Assembly (NCBI GenBank): GCA_016189025.1
Contig: JACPGS010000005.1
Span: 385-64,384, forward strand
Direction of reading: 5' to 3'
DNA length: 64,000 nucleotides
From: Candidatus Magasanikiibacteriota bacterium
Lineage (GTDB): Bacteria; Patescibacteriota; Patescibacteriia; Magasanikbacterales; GWA2-37-8
Shown: one piece after another, positions 16,998 through 25,937 of the stretch
Numbering within the stretch: position 1 is the stretch's first letter
Layout of the letters: each line of letters starts with the position of its first letter
The notes under the pieces: generated by a model
Told to the model about the DNA's origin: nothing
What the model saw: only the letters and a program-made list of their open reading frames with translations
The model's database searches: none
Position numbers and translations under genes: made by a program

Positions 16998-18731
16998 TTA
17001 ACGCGTGCCGGGAATGCCGTAGTAATTTAAGGCAAACTCCATTACGTCGCGGAATACCGGTAGCGCCGTCTGCTCGGCCCAGCGCCGCGCCGGCTCTTCA
17101 TACTTCACCAATAATACCAGCTGGGCCCGGTCCGCCGGGGCCAAACCGATAAAGGTATGATTAGTACGGGTAGCGCTATAACGCCCCCGCTCGGCAATTT
17201 GCGCCGTGCCGGTTTTGCCGGCCACATAGTAATGCGGGATTCTGGCCCGCCGATAATGATTTTCCACTACCGCGGTAAGCATGCCTAAAGTGGCCTGGGC
17301 CGCGGCTGGCGATACCACGCGCTCTAGTTCGTCCGGCGTAGTTTTTTCACGCCGGCCGCCGGGGTAGCGCGCTTCCGAAATAATCTGCGGCTGCAGTAGC
17401 CGCCCTTCGTTGGCCAGCGCCCCAAAGGCCAGCGCCAGCTGGAGCGGGGTGGCAGTAAACCCTTGCCCGAACGAAGCATTCGCGCCGAAGATATGACCCG
17501 GTTTATTGAGCGAGCTGACATCGCCCGCGCTTTCGGTATCCAGAGTAATACCGGATTTTTTGCCAAAGCCGAAGCGCCGCACATAATCGCCGAATCGTTC
17601 GTTGCCGATCTGCTCCTGCACCCACACGGCGCCGGTGTTAATGGACTGCTCCAATACCTGCGTCATGGTCTGCCGACCGTAACATTTGCCGTCGGCATTG
17701 CGGATCCGGTGGCCGTTGATTACCCGCTGGCAGGGATCAACAAAAGTCGTCTCGGACTTAATCAATCCCAAGTCCAGCCCGGCGGCCATGGTAATTGCCT
17801 TAAACACCGACCCGGGCTCAAAGGGAGTAAAAACCGTGCGGTTATTAAAAACGTCAATTGTGTCCACCCGGGAATATTCATTCGGATTAAAGGCCGGCAA
17901 ACTGCACATCGCCCGAATCGCTCCGGTCGGCACATCCAGCAGCACCAAAGCCGCGCCTTTTGCCTGATATTCTTTTAGTCCCTCGGCCAGCCGAGCGCAG
18001 GCCTTAAACTGCAGATTGCGGTCAATCGTTAAAATTAAATCCGCGCCGTCCTCGGCCGGTACCGACTCGCCGCCGGCCTGCGGGATAAGATTACCGAGCG
18101 CCCCGCGCGCGCCAGCCTTGAATCCCACCCGACCCGCCAAGGTTTTATCCCAATAACCTTCCAAACCATACTGACCCCAGGGTTCCCCGTTTTCGGTTTC
18201 TCCGACAAATCCCAATACCGGGGCCGCCAGCTCGCCCTCGGGGTAAAAACGATGCTCCTCTTTGGCAAAAGCCAGGCCGGCCAGCGCCGCGGTTTTTAAA
18301 CGTTCCACCGCTTCCGCCGGCACCTTGCGCGCCACCACATAGTAGCGCAGATTTTTATCGGCAAATTTTTCCTGCAGTTTTTGGGCGCGCTCGGGGGTGA
18401 GTCCGGCTAGCGCCGCGGCAAGCTGGCGCACGGTTGCTTCTTCTTTACCGGCCGGAATTTCCTGGGGCACTGCGTATACCGTATCCCATTCTTTATTTAC
18501 GGCCGCGGGAAAAAGCTCGCCGGAGCGGGTGTCTTGCAGATAAATGGCGCCGCGGTGGGGCCGCACCGGCCGCGCTACTTCCTGGGCGCGCGCGGCGAGG
18601 CTGACATAATAATCATGACGGATAATTTGCAGATAAAACAACCGCGCGCCGATCCAGAGGCTAAGCACGCCAAAACCGACTGCCACCAGGCGCAGCCGCA
18701 AATTAACTGTTCGCCGTTGCGGAAAAACCAT
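16998..18731 (-). CDS. peptidoglycan D,D-transpeptidase (PBP2/FtsI family)
   Basis: N-terminal TM segment, SxxK (GSVFK), SxN (EQSINT) and KTG (KTGTAQ) motifs. Confidence 0.85.
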   Translation of the reverse strand: MVFPQRRTVNLRLRLVAVGFGVLSLWIGARLFYLQIIRHDYYVSLAARAQEVARPVRPHRGAIYLQDTRSGELFPAAVNKEWDTVYAVPQEIPAGKEEATVRQLAAALAGLTPERAQKLQEKFADKNLRYYVVARKVPAEAVERLKTAALAGLAFAKEEHRFYPEGELAAPVLGFVGETENGEPWGQYGLEGYWDKTLAGRVGFKAGARGALGNLIPQAGGESVPAEDGADLILTIDRNLQFKACARLAEGLKEYQAKGAALVLLDVPTGAIRAMCSLPAFNPNEYSRVDTIDVFNNRTVFTPFEPGSVFKAITMAAGLDLGLIKSETTFVDPCQRVINGHRIRNADGKCYGRQTMTQVLEQSINTGAVWVQEQIGNERFGDYVRRFGFGKKSGITLDTESAGDVSSLNKPGHIFGANASFGQGFTATPLQLALAFGALANEGRLLQPQIISEARYPGGRREKTTPDELERVVSPAAAQATLGMLTAVVENHYRRARIPHYYVAGKTGTAQIAERGRYSATRTNHTFIGLAPADRAQLVLLVKYEEPARRWAEQTALPVFRDVMEFALNYYGIPGTR

Positions 18732-18751
18732 ACTACCCTGATAATCCGGGT

Positions 18752-19450
18752 CTAAAAAATTTCTATCTTAATCCGCGGCAAGGCAATACCCTGATCTAAA
18801 ATCATTGACCGCGCCTCCTTAACCATCGCCAAGCTGCCGCATAAATAATAATCGGCTCCCGGGGTAATCAACCCCGGCAGACGTTCGGTAACGCGCCCCC
18901 GCTCCCCGCCCCAATTGCCTGCTGGCTGCGACAGAGTGATGAGAAAAGAAAAATTCTGATGGCGTTCCGCCAGCGCCGGCAGCCGCCCCGGCCAAAACAA
19001 ATCCGCTGCCGATCGCACGCCCCACAACAAACGAAAGGGCGTGGCCGGAGCGCGCGGCACCGCGTCCTCCAGGATGCTTATAATCGGAGCCAGGCCGACG
19101 CCGGTGGCGACCAAAACTTTGGGCCTCTCCTCTTTCCCCGAACAGACAAACACCCCCCGCGCCGCCGAAATCTCCGCCCCCTCCCCTACCGGCAAGCTGG
19201 TAAACCAATCCGAGGCCTTGCCTCCCGGTATCATTTTAGCACAAAATTCCAAATCAGGGGCGGCGGGCGGGGCGGCCAGGGAAAAATTACGTATTACTAC
19301 GGCCCCGTCGGCCGTCGGCACCTTGAACTGCACAAACTGGCCGGCCTGGAAAACAAAGCCCTGGGGTTTCTCAAAATGAAGCGCTAAAACCGCCCGGGCA
19401 ATCATTTGTTTAGCAAGCAATTTTACTGAATAAAACTCCGCCTTTGCCAT
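18752..19450 (-). CDS. FAD/NAD(P)-binding oxidoreductase (ferredoxin-NADP reductase-like fold)
   Basis: RNFSLA (RxYS-like FAD motif) and a glycine-rich NAD-binding segment VLVATGVGLAP. Confidence 0.6.
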   Translation of the reverse strand: MAKAEFYSVKLLAKQMIARAVLALHFEKPQGFVFQAGQFVQFKVPTADGAVVIRNFSLAAPPAAPDLEFCAKMIPGGKASDWFTSLPVGEGAEISAARGVFVCSGKEERPKVLVATGVGLAPIISILEDAVPRAPATPFRLLWGVRSAADLFWPGRLPALAERHQNFSFLITLSQPAGNWGGERGRVTERLPGLITPGADYYLCGSLAMVKEARSMILDQGIALPRIKIEIF

Positions 19451-19475
19451 AATTACCAGTTATGCTAATCATTTT

Positions 19476-19589
19476 GGCTAAAATATATCAATTTTCTTAA
19501 GCGGTCATCGCGGTCGCCTAAGGCGACCGACCGACCCCGACTAAGTCGGGGAGGGAGTTTGACCGCTAGAAAATTGATATATTTTAGCC
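19476..19589. repeat. MITE-like nested-hairpin element (family A)
   Basis: 30-bp terminal inverted repeats GGCTAAAATATATCAATTTTCTTAAGCGGTCA / TGACCGCTAGAAAATTGATATATTTTAGCC. They enclose the palindromes CGGTCGCCTAAGGCGACCG and CCCCGACTAAGTCGGGG. Confidence 0.65.
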
Positions 19590-19688
19590 TTTTCCTAAAT
19601 CGGCTAATTAACATCGGTCATAATTGTCTGCCGATTGACCAGGACTAATTTTTACGGTAAAATTGCCCAACCGAGCTATGGATTACGA

Positions 19689-19781
19689 AACCGAGCGAGG
19701 GAGTGGTAGACGAGAACTCTACGCGCGCATCCCGACTAAGTCGGGAGAGCACGTAGAGTGTCTACCACGACCGAGCGACCA
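19689..19781. repeat. hairpin repeat family B, copy 1
   Basis: AACCGAGCGAGGGAGTGGTAGACG...GTGTCTACCACGACCGAGCGACCA flanks are shared with 58863..58956. Central palindrome CCCGACTAAGTCGGG. Confidence 0.65.
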
Positions 19782-19853
19782 AGGTAGGACATTTTCGTAA
19801 TTCACAGCAACCGAGTAGCACTGATGATAACATAAACCCTTCCTTACGCCAAT

Positions 19854-22415
19854 ATGAGCAAAAGGGTTAAGACGGCAAAGCCGAGGGTCGCCCCCCCGCC
19901 GCGGCAACTCTACGACGCCTCTGACCAGACGCCGGTCCGGTTTGCCGTGTCGCCCGGATTGTCGGAGGAGATAATCCGGGAAATCTCGCGCCAAAAGCAG
20001 GAGCCGGCGTGGCTGTTAGAAAAACGTCTAAAAGCTTGGGGACTTTTTACCCAAACGCCCGTACCCACCTGGGGCGCTGATTTGTCTAAACTTGATTTGG
20101 ATAAAATTGTTTATTTTGTCCGGCCCGATGCCGCGGAAACCAAAAATTGGGCCGAGGTGCCGGCCGAGATTAAAAAAACCTTTGACCGGCTAGGTATCCC
20201 CGAAGCCGAAAAAAAAGCCCTGGCCGGCGTAGGGGCGCAATACGATAGCGACGTCGTGTATCACAAGCTCAAAAAACAATGGGAAGACAAAGGAGTGATT
20301 TTTGAGAATATGGACGTGGCGGTGCAGAAGTATCCGGAGCTGGTGAAAAAATACTTCATGACGCAATGCATTCCGATTAACGATCATAAATTCGCTATGC
20401 TCCACGCCGCGGTGTGGAGCGGCGGCACCTTTATTTATGTGCCCAAAAACGTCAGCGTGGATTTGCCGCTCCAGGCGTACTTCCGCATGAACGCGCGGGG
20501 CGGCGGGCAGTTTGAGCACACGCTCATCATCGTGGACGAGGGAGCGCAATTACATTATATTGAAGGCTGTTTTGTTAAAGGCACATACATTAAAACTGAC
20601 AAGGGCGACAAAACAATAGAAAGTATTAAAATTGGCGACAAGGTAATGACACATACAGGTGTGTATAAACCCGTATATCATACCCAGACAAGAAGACATA
20701 CTGGTGAGTTATATAACATAATATATTATGGTGATAGCACAGCAAATTTGTTGGTAACAAATGAGCATCCGTTCCTAGCCGTAAAAAGGCAACACAAAAA
20801 TGAGAAAAACGAAACGTGGGAAAAAGAGTGGATAAAACCACCGCAGTTAACCAAGCATGACTATCTCACTATACCTATTAATAAAACAATACGTACCGCA
20901 AAAAAATGTACTTTCACAATAAAAACATGGAACAATACAACCAAGGCATTTTATAATAAAAAAATTTCTGTGCTAAATGTTCCAGAATTTTATCGGCTGA
21001 TTGGATACTACCTTGCCGAAGGAAGCATCAGTGGCGGATATTATCTGAACTTCTCATTCGGAATAGAGGAGATAGTCTACATCGAAGACGTTGAAAATAT
21101 ACTCACTTCTTTATTTGGCGTCAAAAAAGTGCATCACATGGTTCACAAAACAAACCACGGAGTTTCACTGGTGGCATGTTCAGTGCAGCTCGCCCGTATT
21201 TTTGAGCAATTCGGAAAAAAGAATAATCTTAAACAATTGCCAAATTGGGCAATAACTGAATCACTTGAAAATCAAAAACAGCTTATTAAAGGATATTTTC
21301 GCGGTGATGGCAACTATTATAATCGTCGCCACGCTTCGGGATTTAAGGAAACCTTCAGAATGAATACAACCTCCAAAAAATTAACCTACCAAATGCGTGA
21401 CATACTCCTGCGTTTAAAAATCCCGGCTTTTATTAACCTGCGCGATAGAAAAAAAGAACATCGCCAGCCAATGTATACCATTGGAATTAGCGGAAATCAT
21501 ATGAAAAGCTTTGGCAATATAGTTGGCTTACCTGTTCCAGAAAAAATGCACGGTAAAAAACGTGCGTCACGATTTTATATTGATGATAACTATGCCTATT
21601 ATCCCATTAAATCTATACAAAAAAGAATGGTTAAAAAATTACCCGTCTATAATTTTAGCGTATTGGATAATGAAAGTTATATGGCCAACGGTGTTACGGT
21701 TCACAATTGTTCCGCCCCGCGCTACGGCACCAGCTCCCTGCACGCCGGCGGCGTGGAGATATTTGTCGGACGCGGCGCCCGGATGCGCTATTCCTCCATT
21801 GAAAACTGGTCGCACGACACCTATAATTTGAATACCAAACGCGCGCTGGTGGACGAGGATGGCATAATGGAGTGGGTCAACGGCAATCTGGGATCGTGCA
21901 CCACCATGCTCTACCCCTGCTCAATTCTGCGCGGGCGAGGGAGCCGCTCGGATTCGCTTGGCATTGCTTTTGCCGGCCCGGGCCAAAACCAAGACACCGG
22001 CGCCAAGGCCATCCACGCCGCGCCGCATACCAGTTCCACGATTGTTTCAAAATCTATCTCGGTGAATGGCGGCATCAATACTTTCCGCGGCCTGATTAAA
22101 ATAATGCCGATGGCTACGAACGTCAACGCCTCCATGGTCTGCGATGCGCTGCTCATCGGCAACCAGGCCATTGCCAACACCATTCCGGAGCTAAAGATAA
22201 AAAACGACCAGGTGCAGGTCGCCCACGAAGCGCGCGTCGGCAAAATCGGCGAAGAAGAAATTTTCTTTTTGCAATCAAGAGGGCTTAACGAGCAGGAAGC
22301 GACGCGATTAGTTGTCTCCGGTTTTATTGAACCGATTGTCAAAGCCTTGCCGGTGGAGTATGCTTTGGAATTGAATAGGCTGATTGAGATGGAAATGGAT
22401 GGGGCGGTTGGTTAA
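19854..22415 (+). CDS. sufB: Fe-S cluster assembly protein SufB interrupted by an intein
   Basis: SufB extein sequences flank an insertion. The junctions LHYIEG|C and HN|CSAP match the conserved SufB EGCxAP site. Confidence 0.85.
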   Translation: MSKRVKTAKPRVAPPPRQLYDASDQTPVRFAVSPGLSEEIIREISRQKQEPAWLLEKRLKAWGLFTQTPVPTWGADLSKLDLDKIVYFVRPDAAETKNWAEVPAEIKKTFDRLGIPEAEKKALAGVGAQYDSDVVYHKLKKQWEDKGVIFENMDVAVQKYPELVKKYFMTQCIPINDHKFAMLHAAVWSGGTFIYVPKNVSVDLPLQAYFRMNARGGGQFEHTLIIVDEGAQLHYIEGCFVKGTYIKTDKGDKTIESIKIGDKVMTHTGVYKPVYHTQTRRHTGELYNIIYYGDSTANLLVTNEHPFLAVKRQHKNEKNETWEKEWIKPPQLTKHDYLTIPINKTIRTAKKCTFTIKTWNNTTKAFYNKKISVLNVPEFYRLIGYYLAEGSISGGYYLNFSFGIEEIVYIEDVENILTSLFGVKKVHHMVHKTNHGVSLVACSVQLARIFEQFGKKNNLKQLPNWAITESLENQKQLIKGYFRGDGNYYNRRHASGFKETFRMNTTSKKLTYQMRDILLRLKIPAFINLRDRKKEHRQPMYTIGISGNHMKSFGNIVGLPVPEKMHGKKRASRFYIDDNYAYYPIKSIQKRMVKKLPVYNFSVLDNESYMANGVTVHNCSAPRYGTSSLHAGGVEIFVGRGARMRYSSIENWSHDTYNLNTKRALVDEDGIMEWVNGNLGSCTTMLYPCSILRGRGSRSDSLGIAFAGPGQNQDTGAKAIHAAPHTSSTIVSKSISVNGGINTFRGLIKIMPMATNVNASMVCDALLIGNQAIANTIPELKIKNDQVQVAHEARVGKIGEEEIFFLQSRGLNEQEATRLVVSGFIEPIVKALPVEYALELNRLIEMEMDGAVG
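20568..21707 (+). mobile_element. intein (380 aa) with LAGLIDADG homing-endonuclease domain inside sufB
   Basis: Starts with Cys (CFVKG), ends with ...VHN followed by extein Cys. Two LAGLIDADG-like motifs (LIGYYLAEGSISG and LIKGYFRGDGN). AT-rich relative to the exteins. Confidence 0.8.
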
Positions 22416-22448
22416 ACAAAATAACCCTCCTAGAGAGAGTTATTCGGG

Positions 22449-22523
22449 TGGTGGACCGACGGGGACTTGAACCCCGAACGCCACTTGTCAAAGGTGGTAT
22501 TTTGCCAGTTAAACTATCGGCCC
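22449..22523 (-). tRNA. tRNA (anticodon not resolved by eye; anticodon loop reads TTTGACA)
   Basis: Minus-strand sequence GGGCCGATAGTTTAACTGGCAAAATACCACCTTTGACAAGTGGCGTTCGGGGTTCAAGTCCCCGTCGGTCCACCA. 7-bp acceptor stem, TTCAAGT T-loop, CCA end. Confidence 0.65.
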
Positions 22524-22584
22524 ACAGTCCACCTTTATTAGAATACCATAAAGTACACCTTAAAAACAAGAGATTCCCGAATTG

Positions 22585-22640
22585 GGAATCCTTGCTGACA
22601 AGTGGCATTTGGACCAGCAGTTTAACTGGTACCACCCTTT
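22585..22640 (+). other. degenerate tRNA-like fragment in opposite orientation next to the tRNA
   Basis: Shares GACAAGTGGC, GTTTAACTGG and ACCACC blocks with the adjacent tRNA, but rearranged. Confidence 0.3.
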
Positions 22641-22703
22641 AGGTACTAAACTACCTGATAAACTGATATTTGTCAAGATTATTTATCCACAGTACCTCCA
22701 ATT

Positions 22704-23915
22704 ATGCTGATAACTAAAATTAAACAACGGTTCCCCACCCTCAAAAACAATCCTGCCTTGGTGTACCTCGACTCCGCCGCTTCCTCCCTCACCCCGCAAA
22801 TAGTGATTGACGCCATGAACGAGTATTACCAAAAATATCGCTCTAACGTGCACCGGGGATTGTATGACATCAGCCTCAAAGCCACCGAAGCCTACGAAGG
22901 CGCGCGGGTGGAGATTGCCAAATTTATCAACGCCGAACCGAATGAGATTATTTTTACCGCCGGCACCACCCATGGGCTGAATCTACTCGCCTACACCCTC
23001 GCCCCCCGCCTCACCCACCGCGACAACATCGTGCTGACCAGAATGGAGCACCACGCCAATTTAGTGCCGTGGCAGCAGATGGCGAAACATTATGGGTTTG
23101 AGATCCGCTTCATCGAACTTGATACTACTTCCTACTCTCTACTCCCTACTTCTTTCAATGTCATCGACGCCAACACCAAAATCGTCTCCTTTGCCCATGT
23201 TTCCAACGTGCTCGGCACCATTGCGCCGGCCAAAGAGATTATTAAAATCGCCCGCGCCCAATCGCGCGCCCTCACCATTATTGACGCCGCGCAATCTATC
23301 GCGCACATCCCTACCGACGTCAAAGACCTGGACTGCGACTTTCTCGTTTTCTCCGGCCACAAAATGTACGGGCCCACCGGCATTGGCGTCTTGTACGGAA
23401 AAAAAGTGATGCTGGAAGAACATTTGGAACCCTTTTTCTTTGGCGGCGATATGGTGGCTGACGTTACCTATGCTGATGCCGTGTGGAATGACATTCCCTA
23501 TAAATTTGAGGCCGGCACGCCCCCGATCGCCGGCGCCATTGGCCTGGGCGCCGCCGTAAAATTTATCCAGGGAATCGGCTGGGAGGGAATTATTCAACAC
23601 GAACAATCACTTACCAATAAACTAATAAACCAATTAACTAATAACGGCGTACAAATTATAGGACCTAAAACTAGTAACGACCGAACAGGAGTAGTATCTT
23701 TTGTTATTCCCACCGTTCACCCGCACGACATTGGCGAAATCGTCAACCGCGCCGGCGTCGCCATTCGCGTCGGCCACCACTGCGCTATTCCCCTCCACAA
23801 AATGCTGCGGCTAACCGGCACGGCGCGCGCTTCATTGGGGGTGTATAATACGGAGGAAGATATTGATAAGTTGATGGAAGGAATAAAAAACGTGATAAAA
23901 ATTTTTGAGAAATAA
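22704..23915 (+). CDS. sufS: cysteine desulfurase SufS (PLP-dependent class V aminotransferase)
   Basis: SGHKMYGPTGIGVLYG contains the PLP-binding lysine; sits in the suf cluster. Confidence 0.85.
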   Translation: MLITKIKQRFPTLKNNPALVYLDSAASSLTPQIVIDAMNEYYQKYRSNVHRGLYDISLKATEAYEGARVEIAKFINAEPNEIIFTAGTTHGLNLLAYTLAPRLTHRDNIVLTRMEHHANLVPWQQMAKHYGFEIRFIELDTTSYSLLPTSFNVIDANTKIVSFAHVSNVLGTIAPAKEIIKIARAQSRALTIIDAAQSIAHIPTDVKDLDCDFLVFSGHKMYGPTGIGVLYGKKVMLEEHLEPFFFGGDMVADVTYADAVWNDIPYKFEAGTPPIAGAIGLGAAVKFIQGIGWEGIIQHEQSLTNKLINQLTNNGVQIIGPKTSNDRTGVVSFVIPTVHPHDIGEIVNRAGVAIRVGHHCAIPLHKMLRLTGTARASLGVYNTEEDIDKLMEGIKNVIKIFEK

Positions 23916-23933
23916 AAAAATGCAAGCGAGTAT

Positions 23934-24317
23934 ATGTCCGACCCGCTCTACCAGGAATATATCCTGGAGCTCTACCGCCAGCCGCACAACAAAACCGTGC
24001 CGGCGGAATTTGACGTGCGCCACAAAGAACGCAATCCGCTTTGCAGTGATGAAGTGGAAATATTTGTTAAATTTGACAGCGCCGGCCGCGTTACCGACAT
24101 CGGCTTCCAAGGCGAAGGCTGTGCCATTTCCCAAGCAGGCATTTCGCTCATCACTGACCACGCCAAGGGAAAACCTAAAGAAGAACTGAAGCAAATGACT
24201 ACCGACGATATGCTCCGCCTCCTCGGCCTCCCCAATATCTCCCCGGCCCGCCTGGGCTGCGCGACATTAGGGTTGAAGGCGTTGCAGAAAAGCATCAACA
24301 ATCCGACTCAAAAATAA
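23934..24317 (+). CDS. sufU: SufU/NifU-like Fe-S cluster assembly scaffold / sulfur acceptor
   Basis: Conserved Cys residues (NPLCSDE, GEGCAISQA) in a 127-aa NifU-N-like protein. Confidence 0.7.
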   Translation: MSDPLYQEYILELYRQPHNKTVPAEFDVRHKERNPLCSDEVEIFVKFDSAGRVTDIGFQGEGCAISQAGISLITDHAKGKPKEELKQMTTDDMLRLLGLPNISPARLGCATLGLKALQKSINNPTQK

Positions 24318-24327
24318 CAATGAAACC

Positions 24328-25071
24328 ATGTCTCTCGATATCCAAAATCTAGCAATCGCCGTCGCTGATAAAAAAATCGTCCACGGAGTTTCACTAGAGA
24401 TTAAACCCGGCGAAGTTCACACCATCATGGGGCCCAACGGCTCGGGCAAATCCACCCTCGCCAACGCGCTCCTGGGGCATCCTAAATACACGATTACGGA
24501 AGGACAGATACTGCTTGACGGCAAAGAGATTACCAAAGACTCGCCCGACAAACGCGCCCGAGCCGGATTATTTTTATCAATGCAGCATCCGCCGGAGATC
24601 CCCGGCGTATCGGTAGCGAATTTTCTGCGGCTGGCCGTAGGGGCCGTGAGCGGCAACCCCCAAAATCCCTTAACGTTCTTTCCGGAATTAACTAAACAAA
24701 TGGCTGGACTGGGCATTGACCCGGAATTTGCCAAACGCCACGTGCACGGCGGCTTCAGCGGCGGCGAAAAAAAGAAAGTGGAAATTTTACAATTACTCCT
24801 CCTGAACCCGAAATACGCCATTCTGGACGAAACCGACTCGGGCCTGGACGTGGACGCCCTGAAAATTGTCGCCGCCGGCATCAACCGCTTTAAGTCAAAA
24901 AACAATAGCGTCCTCCTGATTACCCACTACAACCGCATTTTGGAATATGTCATTCCCGATTTCGTGCACATTATGGTAGGAGGGAAGATTGTCAAAAGCG
25001 GGGGGAAGGAGTTGGCGAGGGAGATTGAAAAAAATGGTTACTTGTCATTTCGAAATGACGATAAAATATGA
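24328..25071 (+). CDS. sufC: Fe-S cluster assembly ATPase SufC
   Basis: GPNGSGKSTL Walker A, FSGGEKKKVEILQLL signature, ILDETDSGLD Walker B. Confidence 0.85.
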   Translation: MSLDIQNLAIAVADKKIVHGVSLEIKPGEVHTIMGPNGSGKSTLANALLGHPKYTITEGQILLDGKEITKDSPDKRARAGLFLSMQHPPEIPGVSVANFLRLAVGAVSGNPQNPLTFFPELTKQMAGLGIDPEFAKRHVHGGFSGGEKKKVEILQLLLLNPKYAILDETDSGLDVDALKIVAAGINRFKSKNNSVLLITHYNRILEYVIPDFVHIMVGGKIVKSGGKELAREIEKNGYLSFRNDDKI

Positions 25072-25358
25072 CACTAACCAAAAACCAAATAATTGAAGCG
25101 CTAAAAACCGTCACCGACCCCGAAGTGGGCCTGGATATCTGGACCATGGGGTTAATTTATAATTTAGAGATTCAAGGCGACATGGTAAAAATCCTAATGA
25201 CCTACACCACGCCGTTTTGCCCCTGGGGGCCGCAGTTGAATGAAGCAATAACCAATGCCCTGCAAGACCGGCTGGGTGTGAGCAAAGTAGAGATTAAAAT
25301 CACTTTTGATCCGCCCTACAAAATTCCCGATGAATTGCGAGCGATGTTGGGGGTTTAA
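25068..25358 (+). CDS. DUF59/MIP18-family Fe-S cluster assembly protein (SufT-like)
   Basis: 96-aa protein with DPEVGLDIWTMGLIY...TTPFCP, characteristic of the DUF59 family. Confidence 0.65.
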   Translation: MTLTKNQIIEALKTVTDPEVGLDIWTMGLIYNLEIQGDMVKILMTYTTPFCPWGPQLNEAITNALQDRLGVSKVEIKITFDPPYKIPDELRAMLGV

Positions 25359-25409
25359 TGCTCAAAAATAGTAAGGCCGTATTGCAGCGACGCTCTATAA
25401 TATTATGAA

Positions 25410-25539
25410 ACTGTAGAAGAAGCCTACTATATCGTTATCCGCCTGGTCGCTATCGCTATTGCGGTAACTTACTTGGTTGGTCGCCCCGACTAAGTCGGGG
25501 CTCCCTGATGCTGACTAGTTTTTCCAATTCTTCTACAGT
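25410..25539. repeat. MITE-like element family C, copy 1
   Basis: TIRs ACTGTAGAAGAA / TTCTTCTACAGT. Internal region shared with 29549..29724, including TTATCCGCCTGGTCGCTATCGCTATTGC, ACTTACTTGGTTGGTCGC and the core CCCCGACTAAGTCGGGG. Confidence 0.7.
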
Positions 25540-25566
25540 GTCATTATACTAAATGTCAAGGCAATT

Positions 25567-25863
25567 ATGCACACCGAACCAAAACTCCCTCCTGACCTCC
25601 CGGAAAATCTAAGCCAAAAAATCCGGGCTGGCGGCAAAATCCGCCGGATTGTGATAGACCGGCAGCAGTGCATTGGCGCCGGATCGTGCGTAGCCGTGGC
25701 GCCGGGAGTGTTCCAGCTGGATAAAGATAACCTGGCCTATATTGTTGACCCGGAAGCTGCCAATGAAGACGACCTGCTGCTCGCCGCGCAATCCTGCCCG
25801 GTGCTGGCGATTTCCCTGTATGATGAAGCCGGCAACAAAATTTTTCCGGCGGAAAAAATCTGA
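25567..25863 (+). CDS. small ferredoxin (single Fe-S cluster, CxxxxxC...C type)
   Basis: CIGAGSCVAVAP ... SCP cysteine pattern in a 98-aa protein. Confidence 0.6.
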   Translation: MHTEPKLPPDLPENLSQKIRAGGKIRRIVIDRQQCIGAGSCVAVAPGVFQLDKDNLAYIVDPEAANEDDLLLAAQSCPVLAISLYDEAGNKIFPAEKI

Positions 25864-25872
25864 TACAAAAAA

Positions 25873-25895
25873 TCCCGACCGGAAACCAGTCGGGA
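25873..25895. terminator. hairpin TCCCGAC-N9-GTCGGGA flanked by an A-run; acts as a terminator for minus-strand transcription
   Basis: A6 upstream of the hairpin on the plus strand, giving a T-run after the hairpin on the minus strand. Confidence 0.4.
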
Positions 25896-25937
25896 TTCTT
25901 CCTCTGGATATCACCACTGACATCCACAGGACGACGA

